Source of the DNA: Leucoraja ocellata
Taxonomy: Eukaryota
NCBI GenBank assembly: GCA_036785375.1
Contig: JAWMAR010000056.1
Coordinates: 3,658,001-3,722,000 of the forward strand
Length of the DNA stretch: 64,000 nt
Direction: 5' to 3'
Shown piece by piece: positions 13,251 to 26,090 of the stretch. Within the stretch, counting starts at the first letter, position 1, and each line of letters starts with the position of its first letter. Below the pieces are notes generated by a model. It did no database searches. It saw only the letters and a program-made list of their open reading frames with translations, and was not told the DNA's origin. Position numbers and translations under genes: made by a program.

Positions 13251-15739
13251 CTAATTTATTTGAAGTTAGCCTTGCAATGCTTCAGCGCAATTTCCACGTT
13301 GTTGCAGGCACACTTGGACTGACTTAGCTGTCATTATGTTCTGTCAAACTAAATCTACAGTTTGTTCATTCTTCCTTGAAGTTAGCAGATCCATTATCCT
13401 TAAAATAAAATTCAACTCAACATTGTGATAAGTTGGTACTTGAAAGTTTATACCTCTGCACATATATTCCATCTTGACCCTTCGTTTTTCCTCTGCTCCT
13501 TGGCATGATCTACAGTTTCCATTGGCAGAGCTATCCCGTTCTCTTAAGAGGCAAAATTCCGAGTACTTTTTATCTTGATATACCAGGAATCATTTGTGTA
13601 GTGCATTGCAAGAGCCCTTTCTCCAGAGAGTTTAGTTTGGCAAATTGCCTAGTGTAGATACCTTGAATGAAAATAAACTGAGTTGACAACTTGGGTTTTC
13701 CCCAAGTGCTGCAATTACTCTTTGATATATGATGTACTCTTTTTTAAAAACAGCAGCTCATTTGAACTTCAAAAGTTTAAGATCGGACCCAAGGCTAAAT
13801 AAAGCAGATGTGTGGTTAAAATTTAAATAGTCTTTTAAGATCAAATGCTACTATTTCCACCAGCCCAATTCAAGCTCCATCTCTTGTTGTTGCCTGATTC
13901 CTTGTGCGCTTAATCTGCACTCGGATATATTTTTGATGCTTTGGATGCCTGAAAGGTTTGGGGAAAGCCGTGTGCTTTGCACAGTGTGTATGTTTGGACC
14001 AGTGGAGTGGACAGGAGTTGGGGTGGATGGGAAGAACAGAGGAATCAAGGAAAGGAAGGGTGAAGCAGGAGAGTGTTGGAAATGAGGGGGTAGTGGTCGG
14101 CTGAGGAGAGTTGGGAGGAAAACCTGATGAGGCCTGTGATGACAAGCACCTCTAATGAAGATGTTTGTGCAGCAGGGACTGGTTTGCAATGAACAAAACA
14201 AAATTACTGGAGGAATTCTGCAAGAGAAGCAACATCTGTGGAGGCAAAGGGATGGTCAATGTTTAGGGTTGAGACCCTGTATCAGGACTGAGTTTGGAGG
14301 GGAGATGGCCAGTCTAAAGATGTGCGAGAGGGGAGAGACTGGCTGGTAGGTGACTGGTGGAACCAGCTGAGTGGGGATGATGGGCAAATAGAACCGGCTG
14401 AGTGAGGTGGTGGAATTTGGAGACTGAAGCTGTTGGGCGATATTTGTAAATTGATAAGGGGTGATAGGCAAATGGAACCATGTGGGAGAGGGGGATAGAA
14501 AGGGTGACCTAAAAGCAGCTCTGCCAGCTTGTTCCACATACCCATCACACTTTGTGATGAAATCTCCCCTCGTGTCCCCTTTAAATCTTTTCTCGCTGAC
14601 CTTGAATTTGGTCTCTAGTTTTAGCCGTTCGTGTTAACTTTACCTGTCATGATTTTATACACCTCAAAATGTCGCCCTGCAACCTCTTGTGCTCCAGGAA
14701 ACAGACCCAGCCTATCTAGTCTCTCCTTGCCATTCAACTCTCCTGTCCCAGCAACATCCCTGAAAATCTTCATACTGGCCTCGGCCCAAAATATAAACCC
14801 TCCCTGTGCTTCCATAGATGCAGCCTGACCCGCTGAGTTCCTCCACCAGTTTTTCCATCATCAGCAGGTTTGCTGTCTGATGTCCTAGATCTCCTTGCCA
14901 TTGGACCCAGACCTTGCCTTGCCAAGGCTATGTGGTAGTTGGTAATGGGCATCTTCCACTCCTCAACTGAAGTGGAAGTGACTCATCTTCTTGTTCTTGG
15001 ATTCAAAGGTTCTGCCTTGAAATTCCCAATGAGCAGCATAAAGCCACTTAACAACTCGGAAAGATTCTCATGGGAATGCTGGCAGTTCTCGGAGCTGCTA
15101 GATTCCCTACCAATTGGTAAATCTTTGGATTCCATTCCCAGGTAGAAGTTCCGTACATAGTGGCAGCTTCTTGGCTGCAAGTTTATTTACTATGTAAAAA
15201 TGTACACATGACTTCTGCGGTGAGGCCATTCTGGTAACGGAAATTCATCCTTGCAGAATTTTCAAATCACTACCCAAAAAGTTGTTGTATGTCCTGCGTC
15301 CTGCGCACTTAATTTGTGTGAGTTGGTGGGGCTAGTAAATACAGCAATTTTTTAAAACTTTATATTCTTGACATGTATGTTGATAACACTACTACTCATC
15401 ATAGTCAATTGCAATACGGCCATTTTTTGGGGGACACAACTCTCCTGCCCACCCCTACATGGGTTACCTGTGCGTGAATTCTTGGTTTTTCCAGCGTTTG
15501 CACTGGGAAATCAATCCGCAGCCTACTTTCCTGACTCTGGCTCAGGAGAAAGGAATGACTTTAAAGGAGACAAGCCCCTGTTAACAGTTCTTGAATTAAT
15601 ATCTGAATTGCATTACGTTTAACTTTTGAAATATTTAAAGTTATGTGATTACTTAAAGATTTTTGCATGTTTGAACGGCAATAATTTGTAAACGTTGATA
15701 ACCTTGTCGGTCTGTAAGCAAGTTACTTAGATACTTAGA

Positions 15740-15956
15740 CACTAGGTGCAGGAGTAGGCCATTCGGCCCTTCGAGCCAGCACCCCCATTCAATGTGATCG
15801 TGGCTGATCATCCACAATCAGTACCCCCGTTTGTGCTTTCTCCCCATACCCCTTGATTCTGCTAGCCCTAAGAGCTCTATCTAACTCTCTTTTGAATACA
15901 TCCAGTGAATCTGCCTCCACTGCCTTCTAAGGCAGAAAATTCCACAAATTCACAAC
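15740..15956 (-). mobile_element. CR1 3' tail
   Basis: ggtgcaggagtaggccattcggcccttcgagccagc tail family, which recurs many times in the window. Confidence 0.75.
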
Positions 15957-16474
15957 TGTGTGTATGGTTTGACTGCCTGTCAAAGGTATTTGAGTGGAAT
16001 TTACCACTCCCAGCCAGAAAGCATTGTGCTGTTCGAGATCTCGCCCAACACATTGCACATAGCAGCATTCGGAAAGTTGATGCTTGAATATCAGCTCCAG
16101 ATACGTGGGGTCTAGTACTTGAGGGAATTCTGAACATGAACCTCTTGCTGCTGCCAGAAAATGTTGTGCCATAAGGTTTACACCAAAAACATTATTAACT
16201 CCCAACATTCTGGTTTTGTATAGCTCAAGGCAACTTCAAATTAGTTCTAAGCTAACTATCAATAACTTTGAAATTTAAAGTATAAAGTTATTACTTCTAA
16301 TAGAGCTCGGCTTGAGACACGTCAAAGCCATGGTGTGATAAAATGGTGCAGTAAGGTAGATTATGAGAAGGATTTTGTCCAAGAGTGGATCTTCTGCATG
16401 AACTTAAATCATCTAGAAGTTAGCACTTCATAATGTATCATTTCTCAGTAAGATTCTAATATTTTTGTACATCG

Positions 16475-16775
16475 CGGAAATTGGACCATTGGCTCACCGG
16501 GTCGGCACCGACCAGCGATCCCTGCACATTAACACTATCCTACACACACACACACACTAGGGACAATTTACATTAATACCAAGCCAATTAACCTACAAAC
16601 CTGTACGTCTTTGGAGTGTGGGAAGAAACCAAAGATCATGGAGAAAACCCACAGGGCGAATGTACAAACTTTGTACAGACAGCACTCATAGTCGTGATCG
16701 AACCTTTGAACACAGGCCTCTGGCGCTACTAGCGCTGTAAGGCAGCAACTCTAATGCTGCACCATCGTGCTGCCT
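16475..16775 (-). mobile_element. V-SINE (HE1-like)
   Basis: Reverse complement of the SINE at 9781. Confidence 0.85.
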
Positions 16776-16916
16776 TAAGTTAAGGGGCTGCATCTCCAGT
16801 AAGGAAGTATGAAAAGATTGGTTCAGAAATCTGATTGTTGTGGGGACAAAGCTCTTCTTGAGTCAAGATGTTCAGGCTTTCAAGCTCCTCTATCTTCTCC
16901 CAGTAGAAGACTTTTG

Positions 16917-17244
16917 GGCGGTCACGGTGGCACAGCGGTAGAGTTGCTACCTTGCAGCGAATGCAGCAAATGCAGCGCTGGAGACCCGGGTTCAATCCCG
17001 ACTACGGGTGCTGTCTGTACGGAGTTAGTACGTTCTCCCCGTGACCTGCGTGGGTTTTCTCCAAGATCTTCGGTTTCCTCCCGCACTTGAACTTAGACGT
17101 GCAGGTTTGGAGGTTAATTGGCTTGGTAAATGTAAACATAAAGAATTTTAAAAAAATGTCCCTTGTGGGTGTTACTGTGCAGGGATTGCTGGTCGGCGCG
17201 GACCCGGTGGGCTGAAAGGCCTGTTTCTGTGCTAAACTAAACTA
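16917..17244 (+). mobile_element. V-SINE (HE1-like)
   Basis: A/B boxes, V-domain, (ctaaa)n tail. Confidence 0.88.
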
Positions 17245-17534
17245 AGAGAGAAAAGAATAACGAGGGTCGCAGGCTTTCTTGATGATACTTGGTCTTTTTG
17301 GTGCAACGCAATGTGAAGATCGACCGGATGAGTCGGAGTTTATTGTTTTGTTGTATTACATACTTATTCCCACTAATACAAACCTTGGAATCTATTAGGT
17401 GTTGCTGGCAAGACCAGTCTTCATTATCCATCTTTCATTGCGGTTGAGAATGTGGTGAGCTGCAGTATCCATCAACATATTTTTCAATGTGAAGTTACAC
17501 CCACAGCTATTTGGTATAGATTACATAATGTCAA

Positions 17535-17895
17535 TAAATTATAGGAGTAGAATTATGCCGTTCGGCCCATCAAGTCTCCTCCACCATTCAATCATGGCTG
17601 ATCTATCTGTCACTCTCGATCCCATTCTCTTGCCTTCTCCCCTTAAACCCTGACACCTTTACTGATCAAGAATCTATCAATCTCCACTTTAAAAATATCT
17701 ATTGACTTAGCCTCCACAGCCAATGTATGACAATGAATTCCACAGATTCACCACCCTCTGACTAAAGAAATTCCTCCTCATTTCCTTTCCAAAGGTATGT
17801 CTTATTATTCTGAGGTTATGACCTCTGGTCCTAGACTCACCAACCAATGGAAACATCCTCTCCGCATCCACTCTATCCAGGCCTTTCACTATTTC
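17535..17895 (-). mobile_element. CR1 3' fragment
   Basis: MKGLDRVDAERMFPLVGESRTRGHNLRI..FFSQRVVNLWNSL. Confidence 0.85.
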
Positions 17896-17989
17896 CTAAA
17901 TTTTATTCCGGGGCAAAGGAATAGCAATTATTTGAAGTATGAGATGCATTTTGAAGGAAATTGTGTAGTTGTTGATAATCACATATGCT

Positions 17990-18680
17990 TGAAGCCGTTC
18001 ATAATGTAGAGGTTGTGGATCTGCAAAGTGCTGATGTAGTAGTTGAGTAGGTGAGTAACGTGGATTTGTAGATGGTACACACTGCAGCAGTGTTTGGTGA
18101 TAGAGTGAATACTTGGGGTGATATATGGAATACCAGTCTAGGTGTGTTGAGCTGCTTTTGTTGAGGCCACACTCATCCAGAGAAGCAGAGTATTCTATCA
18201 CACTTCTGACAAGTGCCTTGTAGATGGTGAAAAGGTGAGTCACTTGCTGCGTGATGTCTTGTCTCTAACCCTTCCTGCTCGGTGGCCAGCATATTTGGCT
18301 GATCTAGTTGAGTTTGAGATCAGTGGTGATTTCAGAGTGTTGATTGGGATTGCAGTGATGGCAATGATAAGGGTTGGTACTATATTTTGACGTATTGGAG
18401 ATTGAAATTGCCTAGCACTTGTGGTGTGACTGTTCCTTGCCCGTCCATGCCTGACTGTTATCTAGATTTTAATACATGCAAGGTTAGTTTGCAACATTTA
18501 TTGAGGAATTATGAATGGGTTTAACATTATGCACTCATAAGTGAACGTCTCTTCTGAATTTGTATTGGGTGGGGGGGAAGAAATGTCATGATAAACCAGC
18601 GAAAGATGTTTGGGCTTCTTGGGCCTCCTTCAGTGAAGTTGCGTAGTTGGAATGATTAACCTTCAACCACCACAACCATC
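17990..18680 (-). mobile_element. Old CR1/L2-group LINE fragment
   Basis: TIYKALVRSVIEYS motif and decayed RT-like sequence. Confidence 0.5.
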
Positions 18681-20854
18681 TTCCTTTGCACAAGGTGCAA
18701 CTACACTCGTGGGGGAGCTTTTGACAGATTAAAGAAGGGTCCCAACCTGAAACATTGCGTGTCCATTTCCTTCATGCTGCTTGACCTGCTGAATTCCTCC
18801 AGCACTTTGCCCAAGATTCCAGCATCTGCTGTCTCTTGTTTCTCTAAAGGCTTTTTCTGCTTGATCCATGTTGACTTTTGCCAGGACTCTTTTATACCGT
18901 TCTTGGTCATTCTTGCCACCTCTTGAATACAAAGTACTGCTTGCTGGTGTTGGAAATGAAACTAATTAGCAAGTACTGGAAATCAATGGTGCTTTAGTGT
19001 CCACTTACATGTGCCAAGATACAGTGAAATTCTTCTTTTACATTGGGCATCGCAGCATCTGTGGAGAGAAAAGGTAAAAGTCCACGCCAGTTTCATAAAA
19101 CGTGCTTTTGTTAGTGAATATATTTACTCTTATTAGCATGAGATATCATGGGTGAAATTGAAATGGCGCTGAGGAATAAATCATTAGTATGCAGGTTTGA
19201 AATATCATTGGACTCCATGCGCTAAACTGTAGCACGTTCGTAGAAAATGCTGGTAATACTCATTTATGCAGCACCTGTCGAAATATAAGTGGTTAACCTC
19301 ACAATCCTGGTGCTCTTTGTGTGGAATTTACGCATTCTCCCCGTAACTGTGGGTTTACTCCATGTGCTCCGATTTCCAACCTGACCCAAAACATCACCTA
19401 TCCAGGTTCTCCAAAGATGCTGCCCAATCTGCTGAGATGCTCTTTTTTTTTTGTAAGCCAGCATCTACAGTTTCTCCTTCTCTCCTCATAATCGTCAAAT
19501 CCAAGGGTACAAAATTCAGTTACTTAAAACTGAGTTTAGGGGCATCATTATATGTCGCCCTTATTGCATGAATACTCACTGGGCAGGTTTGGGCACAGGA
19601 TTTTTAATCTTATGAACAGTGCGTTGTGTTGAGTTACAGTTGGTATGTGATTGACCATTGGTTCAGGAGTAGTGGTGGGAATAGGATAAAGAACCCCCTG
19701 CAAGATTTGCACTTTGATGATTGAGTTTGCATTTATTTGATGTCCATCTTATTCAACCATTACCTATTGAGCAAGTTACAGCTGGTGTTTATTCATGTAC
19801 TGGTTTAACGTACATTGTCTTTGTCTTCTAATCCTGGTGGCTGGTAATGACTTGTTCGTAGCTGAAGTTTAGTTATTTTAAGATGTCGGCTGTAGTGACG
19901 GAAGAGAGATCTAAGGATTTTTGAAACTCCCATGTTTACGTTTTTCCCCCATGGTAACTATAAATCAATTTCAAAGTTTTAATCCCCTGAAGGATTTCAA
20001 TCTTTAAGTGAGATGGTTATGCAACCCCTAAAGATATTGGCTTTATGCTATTAAATACAATTAAATATCCTGTTGCATTTTAATTTAATAATGTTATTCT
20101 TTTGATTTGAGCTGAATGGCTAGCTTACGTTTTCTTTGCATTACAGAGTAATATAGCACAAAATTAGGCCATTTGGCCCAACTCTTCCAAGATGCTATAT
20201 TCAAGTTAATCCAACTAGTAAACCAGCATCTGCAGTTCTTCGTCTGGTCCCATTTATCTGTGTTTACCCCATATCCCTGTAAACCTTTCCTATCACTATA
20301 CTTTTTCAAATGCCTTTTTAAATGTTATTGTACTTGTATCTGGCAGCTCTGTGAAAGAAGTTGTGCGCCCCCCCCTCCGGGTCTCTTTTAAATCTTTCCC
20401 CTCTCACCCTAAAACTATGCCCTTATAAATAAAACATATTAAAATATAAAAAAGCACAAACACAGAAGTCCACGACACAACATAACCACAACACAACACA
20501 GTCCTGACCTGATGTGTTGTCTGTCCAAGGTAGACAAAAGTGCTGGAGAAACTCAGCGGGTGCAGCAGCATCTATGGAGTGAAGGAACTAGGCAACTTTT
20601 CGGGCTGAAACCCTTCTTCAGACTGATCAAACCATTCTTCCAGCATCTGCTGTTCCTTCTTAAACATATTGTCTGTCCACATCCTTGCACAGATTCAGCC
20701 TGACCCACTGAGTTCCTCCAGCCTTTTGTTTTGTATTTAACATTCTCGAATCTTTGCACTTCTTCCATCTTACTGTTTAGATGTTTTTCTTATAGCAGAG
20801 TAACCAAAACGGTACGTGATATTCCCTGTCCTCCTTAATTAACAACATTATATT

Positions 20855-22030
20855 AATGGCATCCAGTCTTCCAGAACAGTGCCTGTGGCTAAAGATGATG
20901 CAAATACATCTTTAAGGGGCTCTGCAGTTTCTTCCCTAGCTTCCCACAAGGTTAGAGGATGCACTTGGTCAAACCCTGGGGATTCATCCATCTTGATGAA
21001 AATTAAGACCGGTAACACCAATTCTTCAAGAACTTAAACTTACTGTTTATTGTCACGATCAACTGTCATGCGGAAGACAATTAATAAGCCTGACTTTGGA
21101 ATACCGTGGAGAACAGGTAGATGCCTCACAGACCTAGATTTTGCCGATGACATTGCACTACTAGCAGAATCGAGACACACCCTTCAAGAGATGCCAACTT
21201 CTCCGGAGGAGAATGCATCAAAGGTTGGATTAAGGATCAACTGCCAGAAGACAAAGACCATGCAGACTGGAGACCAGTAGCCAACAGACCAACTGATAAT
21301 CAATGGGGAACCTGTTGAAAACGCCACAGGATTTACCTATCTTGGCAGCATGTTCACAGTAGATGGAGATGTAGAGGTCGACATCCTCCCAAATTGGTAA
21401 AGCTGCATCAGTCTTCAGACGAATACAACCAATATGGTCTAGTGGCGGGATATCCAAGATGCTGAAAGTCAAGCTCTTCCAGCTCATCAAGCTCTCCCTA
21501 CAGCCCTCTATGCCAGTGAGACAAGGATGAAGATGAAAAATAAATTGGATGCATTCCAACAACGCTGCTTGAGGAAGATCCTGAAGACTAGCTACAGAGA
21601 CCACATCACAAGCGAGGAGATCTACCGGGAAGCTGCAACAAAGCCTCTCAGCCAGGCCATAGAGGTACGCAGGATGAAATTTGCAGGACATGTACTCAGA
21701 ATGGCTCCAGAACGTGCACCTAAGATAGCAATGACATGGCAACCTGACGGAGAATGAAAAGAGGCCGACCAAAACTCGCATGGAAACGGACATTCCAGAA
21801 GGATTTGGAAGCCCGTGACGCATTTAGCAAATTCCATCCATTCCAAGCCCTTTGTACTATGGGTGGCCCAGTCAATATTAAGGTTGAAACCTCCCACTAA
21901 TAATAGCCTATTATTCTTATTGCTATCTGTAGACTCGCAGTACGTCTTGGGTTCCTCTAATTATTGGTGGACCTGTAACTACAGTCCCATCAGTGATCAT
22001 CTACTTCACCTTTTCCTAGCAAAGGCATTT
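20855..22030 (-). mobile_element. CR1 ORF2 remnants flanking an RTE insertion
   Basis: 21815-22030 encodes endonuclease-like GGFNLNIDW..KGLE..EF.KC. 20855-21020 resembles the start of the RT region. Confidence 0.6.
21055..21815 (+). mobile_element. RTE-clade LINE reverse transcriptase fragment (pseudogenised)
   Basis: LTDLDFADDIALL..KVGLRINCQKTKTM..FTYLGS..IGKAASVF..LDAFQQRCLRKILK..RRMKFAGHVLRM..KRGRP, spread over several frames with stops. Confidence 0.85.
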
Positions 22031-23891
22031 CATTAGCTACTAATATTATCAAACCAAAGATTGTTTAATTCCATGCTACATCTTTGAGCTAATTGTATAA
22101 GGGAAGGATACCAAAATTTGCCATTGAAGCAAATGCAGCGGGATAGGTTGAGGGGCTGAAACATGTAACAGTCACGCTTCAAGACAGTGCTGGAGTGATT
22201 AGAACGGGTGTGAAGGGTTATGAGGAGAAGGCAGGAAAATGGGATTAGGTGGCAGAGATCATCCATGATTGACTGGCGAAGTGGACTCGATGGGTCGAAT
22301 GGCCTAATCCTACTATAACGTGAACGTGACTCGGGTCAGGCAGCATCTTTGGAGAACATGGGGCAATGACATTTTGAGTAGCGGCCCTTCTAACAGTTAA
22401 GCAATCTTGGTGGGTTTTTTAAAATATGATAAGATTATTGTGACTAAAACATATTGCGATTTTTAACGTGCATTCAACTATTTTAAATGCTATCAACTTA
22501 CTCGTACAGGTAACAGTTGGTAATGGAGAGAGTTTAATTTATATACTGACTTTCAGATTCCAAAAGAATTACACCCTTCACTAACAAATCCATTATTTTA
22601 TAATGAAGATAGACAAAATGCTGGAGTAACTCAGCGGGCATCTCTGGAGTGACGTCATGAGTCATCATGGGTGACGTTTCAGGTTGAAACCCCTCCTCGG
22701 ATTCTATTTTCTTTCTCCAGAGATGCTGCCTGTCCCGCTGATTTACTCCAGCATTTTGTGTCTATCATTGGTTTAAACCAGCATCTGTATTTCTTTCCTA
22801 CACATTCCTTTATAGTCTTTAGTTTAATAAATTTTAAATCTTTATACAGATGGACATGGATGTTCATATTACTTTCATGTACTGTTACTCCAGTAATATT
22901 GGTTGCAAGGATTGCTCATTAATTGATAATTCCATTCTTTTAACGCAAACTAAGCCTTGCTGTTGGAAGCTGGTTTAGAGCTGTCTGGCGCTAATAAGCC
23001 CTCTGCTGGTTAATATGCAGTAGTACTCTATCAGTTGGGCCACTCTAAAGTTCCTATTCCCATTCTAGTAAATTGAGTTTCTCTGACATATATGCAATCT
23101 CTGCATGTCAAATTATTAATATACAACGTGAAGAGTAGCTGCCCCAGCACCGACCTCTGTGGAACTCTGCTAGTCACTGGCAGTGAACTGGAAAAACCCA
23201 CCTTTATTGCTACTATTTGCCTTCTGCCATCCAGCCAACTTGCTCATATACATGTTTAAGAAGGAACTGCAGATGCTGGAAAATTATAGGTAGACAAAAA
23301 TGCTGGAGAACTCAGCCGCTGAGTTTCTCCAGCATTTTTGACTGCTCGTATGCATGATATTATTCATATTCTGTCCTTAAAAATACTTCTGTTTTTAATT
23401 AGAGGAAGTTCTTAAGTTTGTAATAGAAGTCATGTTGTTGTACTGGGCCATATATTTTTTTTATTAGTCCGGTTGCAGGTTACTAGCTACCTGAGAATAT
23501 CTGGAATGCTAATCATTTAGAGGTCCCAAATGTGTGAAATTGTCTTCTTTCAAAATGTTCTAAATTGTATTTCATACCTATAAAGAACTGTCCTAAAGGC
23601 ATTTCAATGTTTTCTATGCCAATTAATTAGATTTTAAATGGTCACCTTTACATAAGCAAACATGTAAATCAATTGTACTCGGCAAGATACCAAGACCAGC
23701 AAAAGAAAACTAAGTTGTACTTTTAAAAGTTAAAAGGATAATAGGGCAAAATTCCAACTGTCAAATATTATGGAGTCGTACACCATAGAAATGAGCCCTT
23801 CAGTTCATGTACATTCTGAAAATCCACGTACCGTTCTATACTAACCCCATTTAATAGCATTGATCTATATCCTTGTATATTGGACTATACA

Positions 23892-24665
23892 TAGCAATGT
23901 TACAAAATTTTGAGATTTTAAAAATCAAGTCTGCAATTTATCCCATCAGATAAATCATAAAAATAAGTTTAATTTGACACCCAATTTACTTTCATATCTT
24001 CAGTATTAAAAACGTTATGGCCATTTTCATACTCGGAAATTAGCATCTTGTTCCCTATTGCTTTTCTATTGACCTTACACAAAAGCTGTGATCGAGGACA
24101 GTCAAAAGCCCATAACTTTCTTAAAAATTAAGAGAACTGAAAGACATTTTCAGTTATTATAGATTGAAGCATTCTGAAACAAATATGAAACAATCTTACT
24201 TAGATGACCTGAAATTAAAGCATATAATTAGTTAGTTACCTAATCGTAGCTAATTACAAAGTTCAATTACTAGATCTAAACATCTATCCATTTCTTAAGA
24301 AAAGATTAACATTTTTAAATAACCTAAGTGTCCAAATAACATTCACACAAGAATTCACAATATAACATAATTTTTAAATCTCATTGTCATGAATTTATAG
24401 GCTAAATGGAAGGAATTTAATGTTTAATTCCCGTAAATTAATGGCCATTTAAATTGTCTTGCGAGTGGGTTTTTGTGGAACGCGATCGATTGGAACGTTG
24501 CGGTTACAGTGAATTTCAACCCCATATTGGCAAGAAAAACACTGTCGGTTCGTATGGGGCCATAATCACATTTTCGCCAAGGAAATTTTGATTAAAGTCA
24601 TCCTAAGAAACAAGTTTATATGTAAAATAAACGACTTGCCTTATGTAAGTATTGTAACATACCTA
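23892..24665. mobile_element. Non-autonomous TIR DNA element with 7-bp TSD (superfamily uncertain: hAT/P-like)
   Basis: Left end tagcaatgttacaa vs right-end reverse complement taggtatgttacaa (12/14). Direct repeat ctataca at 23885-23891 and 24666-24672. Confidence 0.7.
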
Positions 24666-25149
24666 CTATACAATAATTCATCCAGTTATTTAAGTACCTA
24701 TTGTCTAGGGATCTTGTGCATTTATCAGAACATTTATTTTGTAAAAACATCCCTTCTTTCACAATCTGTCATAGATCTATGACCCCCGTCTCAATCCCAA
24801 AAGCTTTCTCTCCATCTTATCACGGTAGCTCTGGTCACGGGTAGACTGCCCGCACAATAACTCCCCCCGATCGCGTTTTTTCATGTGAACTCCTTGGGAC
24901 TTTGTCATTTAACCGGGCTTGTAAAAGTCCTAGTGGTTACAACAGAACATGTTAACATGCAGGTTAGGTATCTATTCATGCTACCTGGAGGACTACTGTA
25001 CGAAACATTCTCTATATAGCAAGTGATGAGAGAGGCACTTCAGATCAAATCTGGATCTTAATGTACCCTTATTTTTAATCTGTATTAATCCAGCACTGCA
25101 TGTTGTGATAACATTTCTTGAGATTGATCTAGAATTCATTGATCTAGAA

Positions 25150-25673
25150 TTACAAAGGGATTTGAGAGTGCTGGTGCAGGATTCCCAGAAGGTTCGTTTG
25201 CAAGTTAAATCAGTGGTAATGAAAGCAAATACAATGTTAGCATTTATTTCGAGTAGACTAGAATATAAAAAAAACGGATACAATTATGAGGCTTTATAGG
25301 GCACTGGTCAGACTGCATTTGATGTATTGTGAGTAGTTTTGAGCCACATATCTGAGGAAGGATGTGCTGGCATTGGAGAGAGTCCAGAAGAGGTTTACAA
25401 GAATGATCATGGGAATGATTGGGTTAACGTATGATGAGCGCTTAACAGCACTGGGCCTTTATTCGCTGGAGTTTAGAAGGATGAGGAGGAACCTCATTGA
25501 AACTTATCCGAATAATGAAAGGCCTGAATAGTGGATGCGGAGAGGATGCTTCCACTAAAGGGAGATCTAGGATCAGAGGGCATAGCCTTAGAATAAAAGG
25601 ATGTACCTTTTGAAAGGAGATACAGAGGAATTTCTTTAGTCAGAGAGTGATGAATCTGCGAGATGCATTGCCA
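25150..25673 (+). mobile_element. CR1 ORF2 fragment, outermost host of a nested cluster (3' tail resumes at 32248-32355)
   Basis: QRDLRVLVQDSQKV..KANTMLAFIS. The tail aaggcaggagaatggggttgaga.. reappears at 32248. Confidence 0.8.
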
Positions 25674-26090
25674 ATCAGTCAATAAACCACTGATCTTTAT
25701 TTTTGGATAGTACAACAAATCACTCTATACAATACCTAAACCACTGCAGGTTCAATCCTTGTATCTGCCTGGCCAAGCCCTTCAGCCTTGTGTAAGCAGA
25801 AACACTCCAAAAGCTTACGCAGTCACAAGTGCTCTTCATGAAGATCGACAAAGGACCTCATGGGGGCTGCCTTTTATAGGTCCCTGAACCTTGAGCGGCC
25901 GAACTACAGAGGGCTGGTCTGTTTACAATCCAATCAACCATAACGTATTACAACAATGCATTATTGACAGTTACACAGAACAGAATTCCCCTTACATTGT
26001 TGCAGGAGAAGCTTCTAGAGGAAGCTAACATAACTTGAATAATGCAACATTTACCCTGGTATTCAAACAAACCAGAGAGGGTATTGCATT

